NCBI RefSeq assembly: GCF_964213995.1
Contig: NC_135818.1
Location: forward strand, 67,456,001 to 67,520,000
DNA: 64,000 bases
Direction of reading: 5' to 3'
DNA from: Mustelus asterias
Taxonomy: Eukaryota
Shown: positions 61,119 to 64,000 of the stretch, piece by piece
How the letters are laid out: each line of letters begins with the position of its first letter
Position numbering within the stretch: position 1 is the stretch's first letter
Translations under genes and position numbers: made by a program
The notes under the pieces: model-generated
Database searches by the model: none
What the model saw: only the letters and a program-made list of their open reading frames with translations
What the model was told of the DNA's origin: nothing

Positions 61119-61909
61119 TGCTGCTCGGTGGAAGATTAATTGAGTCACTTAAGGGCACCTTGGCCATTGACATACCCTCTCCGCGGGTTCATCCCTAGGA
61201 AAGGCCACCCCACGTCCGATTGGGCTAGCAGCTCTTGTGGGGTGGGGCAGGCCGCCATACTTAGTATGGACAGCGGTGTGGGCGGTGGCCACTCCACTGA
61301 TCCCCATCGGGAATTTGCCTCCTCGGATCCCACCGCAGCCTGAAGCAGGATTGCCTCCTGCTTTTGGCCCCGGTGGATCTGAGGGGGGTGTGAGGGGAAG
61401 GCGGGAGAGGAGGTGGGGAGGAAATGAGCATGTTTGGGGGTGGGAAGGGGTATGAGTGTGTTTGGCATGAAGGGGGGCCTCAGCCAGCCTGGTAAAATTC
61501 AGCCCATTGTAACAGAATGCGACCGGGGAGCACGGGTTTAAACTCTTCACCTTGTAAAGAATTTTTCAAGGGTCTTTAACTCCTAAATCCTAGATGTTGG
61601 AGCTTGTTATGGTGGATAAGACAAGAAACGTCCCAATGTGGAAAACCTTAGCGTGACAAAGGGAAGTAAAAATTCTGATTGAGAATGATGACATGTAATT
61701 TTACTGAGAAGATTTTATTTTATGGCTCTATAAATGGGTCACTTGGGAATAATAACCAGTTTGTTTGGAATCATAGACAGCTAGTGAAAGCTGGCAAAAC
61801 TAAAATAGGTTTGGATACCTTCCAGAATCACAGAATTTCAATAGTCACTTGCAGAGGACATAAAACCTGGTTAAATGTGTACAGGATGCAGAATAATTCT
61901 AATGTAAGC

Positions 61910-62245
61910 AGCACGGTGGCACAAAGGGGTGGCACAGTGGTTAGTACTGCTGCTTCACAGTGCCAGGGACCCAGGTTCAATTCCGGCCTCGCTCACTGTC
62001 AGTGTGGAATTTGCACGTTCTCCCCGTGTCTGCGTGGGTTTCCTTCGGGTGCTCCGCTTTCCTCCCACATTCCAAAGGTGTGCTGTTTAGGTTGATTGGC
62101 CAGGCTAAATTGACCCTAGTGTCAGGGGGATTAGCAGGGTAAATGTGTGGGGTTACAGGAATAGGGCCTGGCTGGGATTGTGGTTGGTACAGACTCGTTG
62201 GGCCGAATGGCCTGCTTCTGTACTGTAGAGATTCTATAAGATTCT
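61910..62245 (+). mobile_element. HE1-like SINE
   Basis: Match to SINE consensus; partially duplicated head. Confidence 0.88.
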
Positions 62246-62319
62246 ATTCTTTTGTTGTGTTATTCCATTTAATATGCATTTAATATCTAGTGGGGAGGGT
62301 CGAGAGTGCAGGAATGAGA

Positions 62320-62965
62320 GACAGTGGTGTAGTGGTGACGTCACTGGATTGGTAATCAAGGACCAGATTAATATTCTGGACATGGGTTCAAATCCCATGA
62401 CAGCTAGTAGAATTTAAATTCAATTAATATTCTGGAATTGAAAAGCTAGTCTCAATAATAGCAACCATATCAACACATCTTGTTCGTAGAATCCCTACAG
62501 TGCAGAAGGAGACCATTCGGCCCATCAAGTTTGCACCGACTCTCTGAAAAATCATCTTACCCCAGGCCTTCCCCTGCACCCTATCTCCAAAGCCCTGCCC
62601 GTTTACCATGGCTAATCTGCCTAACCAGCACATCTTTGGACTTTGGGAGGAAATCGGAGCATCCAGAGGAAACCCACGCAGACACCAGGAGAATGTGCAA
62701 ACTCCACACAGACAGTCACCTGAGGCCAGAATCAAACCTGGGTCTCTTGAGCTGTGAGGCAACAATGCTAACCATTGCGCCACCATGCATTCCATTCATG
62801 CCCTTTAGGAAAGAAAATCTGCCATCCTTACCCAGCCTGGCCTACATGTGATTCCAGATCCACAGCAATGTAGTTGACTCTTAAATGCCCTCTGAAATGG
62901 CCCAGCAAGCCACTCAGTTGAAGGGCAATTAGGGAAGGGCATCAATTGCTGGACTTGCCAGCATT
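62320..62965 (+). mobile_element. Type C SINE split by a minus-strand HE1-like SINE (62487-62790)
   Basis: The halves rejoin into the type C consensus. Confidence 0.75.
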
Positions 62966-63887
62966 TACAAAGGTGCAAGCTATGTACAGTGATTGAACAC
63001 CCGTGCCACTATTGTTTATTCATAATTTCTTTAGTTTCCTAACTCTACCACTATAGCTTGGTGCAACCCTGATATCTGCAGCAGAAGTGCAGGCAGTCTG
63101 CTGACCGCTAGGCCCTGTTGTCCAAGATGACTTTGGTGGGTGTACTCTGGCCCGAGGCCTGGAGGGCCCCAGCCTGCAAAGGGTTTCCTGCTCGGGGACA
63201 GGTACGCCCACCTCAGCCTGACCAGCTGGAGTTGGTGGGGTGAGGTTCAGAGGGGTTTTTGAGTGGCTGGACACCCTGGTGGATGCTCCGGGTTTGCCTG
63301 GCTGACGCTCCTCCTCCCTTTGGGTGGCCAAGGGCCAATCCCTGACTCCTTTTGGAGAAAGGGCTCCTGGAAGGAGGTCAAGGTTCAAAGTTCACCTCTT
63401 GCCTAGCCACTACAGGAACGCAGTGATGGAACGCAGGACCGAGCATTGTTCCAGCAGTAACAATGCAATCTGCTGGGCCTGGGTCTCCAAGGCGCTGCCA
63501 CTCTTTCAATGGCGACTTCAATGCGCTGTCATGTCAGAGCCATGACAGACTCCCCCCGCTCCATCCTTCGGTGCAGTCTGTGGAAGGCCTGTGACAGCTC
63601 TGCCTGAGGTCCCCCTGCCTCTCTTTGCACCACCAACATTTGTGCTAGGGCTGATTACAGGGGGTGATCATCAGACTGGGCCTGTGCAGAGGCCTGGTCT
63701 CCAGCAGCCCTTCATGTGTTGGAGACTTCACCTGTCATTGCCCCCGCCGGCTGTGGAGATGTGTCAGTATCCCTGGAGTACAGAAGGATCCTACTTTAAA
63801 ATTTACAAATGTCCCACTTTTTAATGCAACTATTTGGTAGATGAAAACATTCTACCTTTTTGTTTCTCATCCATTGATGTGCTTGAA

Positions 63888-64000
63888 ATCATAGAATCCC
63901 TACAGTACAGAAGGAGGCCATTCAGCCCATCAAGTCTGTACTGACCACAATCCCACCCAGGCCCTCTTCCTGTAACCCCACGCATTTACCCTGCTAATCC
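63888..64000 (-). mobile_element. HE1-like SINE 3' part (runs off the window)
   Basis: Match to SINE tail. Confidence 0.85.

Overview
Eukaryotic, repeat-dense vertebrate DNA, almost certainly a cartilaginous fish (inferred from more than 20 copies of the HE1-like tRNA-derived SINE plus shark-type CR1 LINEs). I recognise no host protein-coding gene, so the window reads as intronic or intergenic. Nearly all short ORFs in the track are translations of SINE/LINE copies. The main feature is a complete, very young Ty3/Gypsy LTR retrotransposon (8663-13379): 295-bp LTRs differing at 1 nt, a CAGAG target-site duplication (TSD) and a single 1329-aa gag-pol ORF. It has no tRNA primer-binding site. The 13 nt at the PBS position are instead exactly complementary to a segment of its own LTR ending in the ATTAAA poly(A) signal, which suggests self-priming and/or poly(A)-signal masking. 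Its RT has YLDN in place of YXDD. The rest comprises CR1, Rex1/Babar, L2, Vingi and Penelope-like retroelement fragments (the last with hammerhead-ribozyme relics), PIF/Harbinger MITEs and transposase relics, three SINE types and many nested insertions. There are also a few unexplained splice-site-flanked segments, including a candidate neural-type microexon. Boundaries of degenerate repeats are approximate; everything was read by eye.
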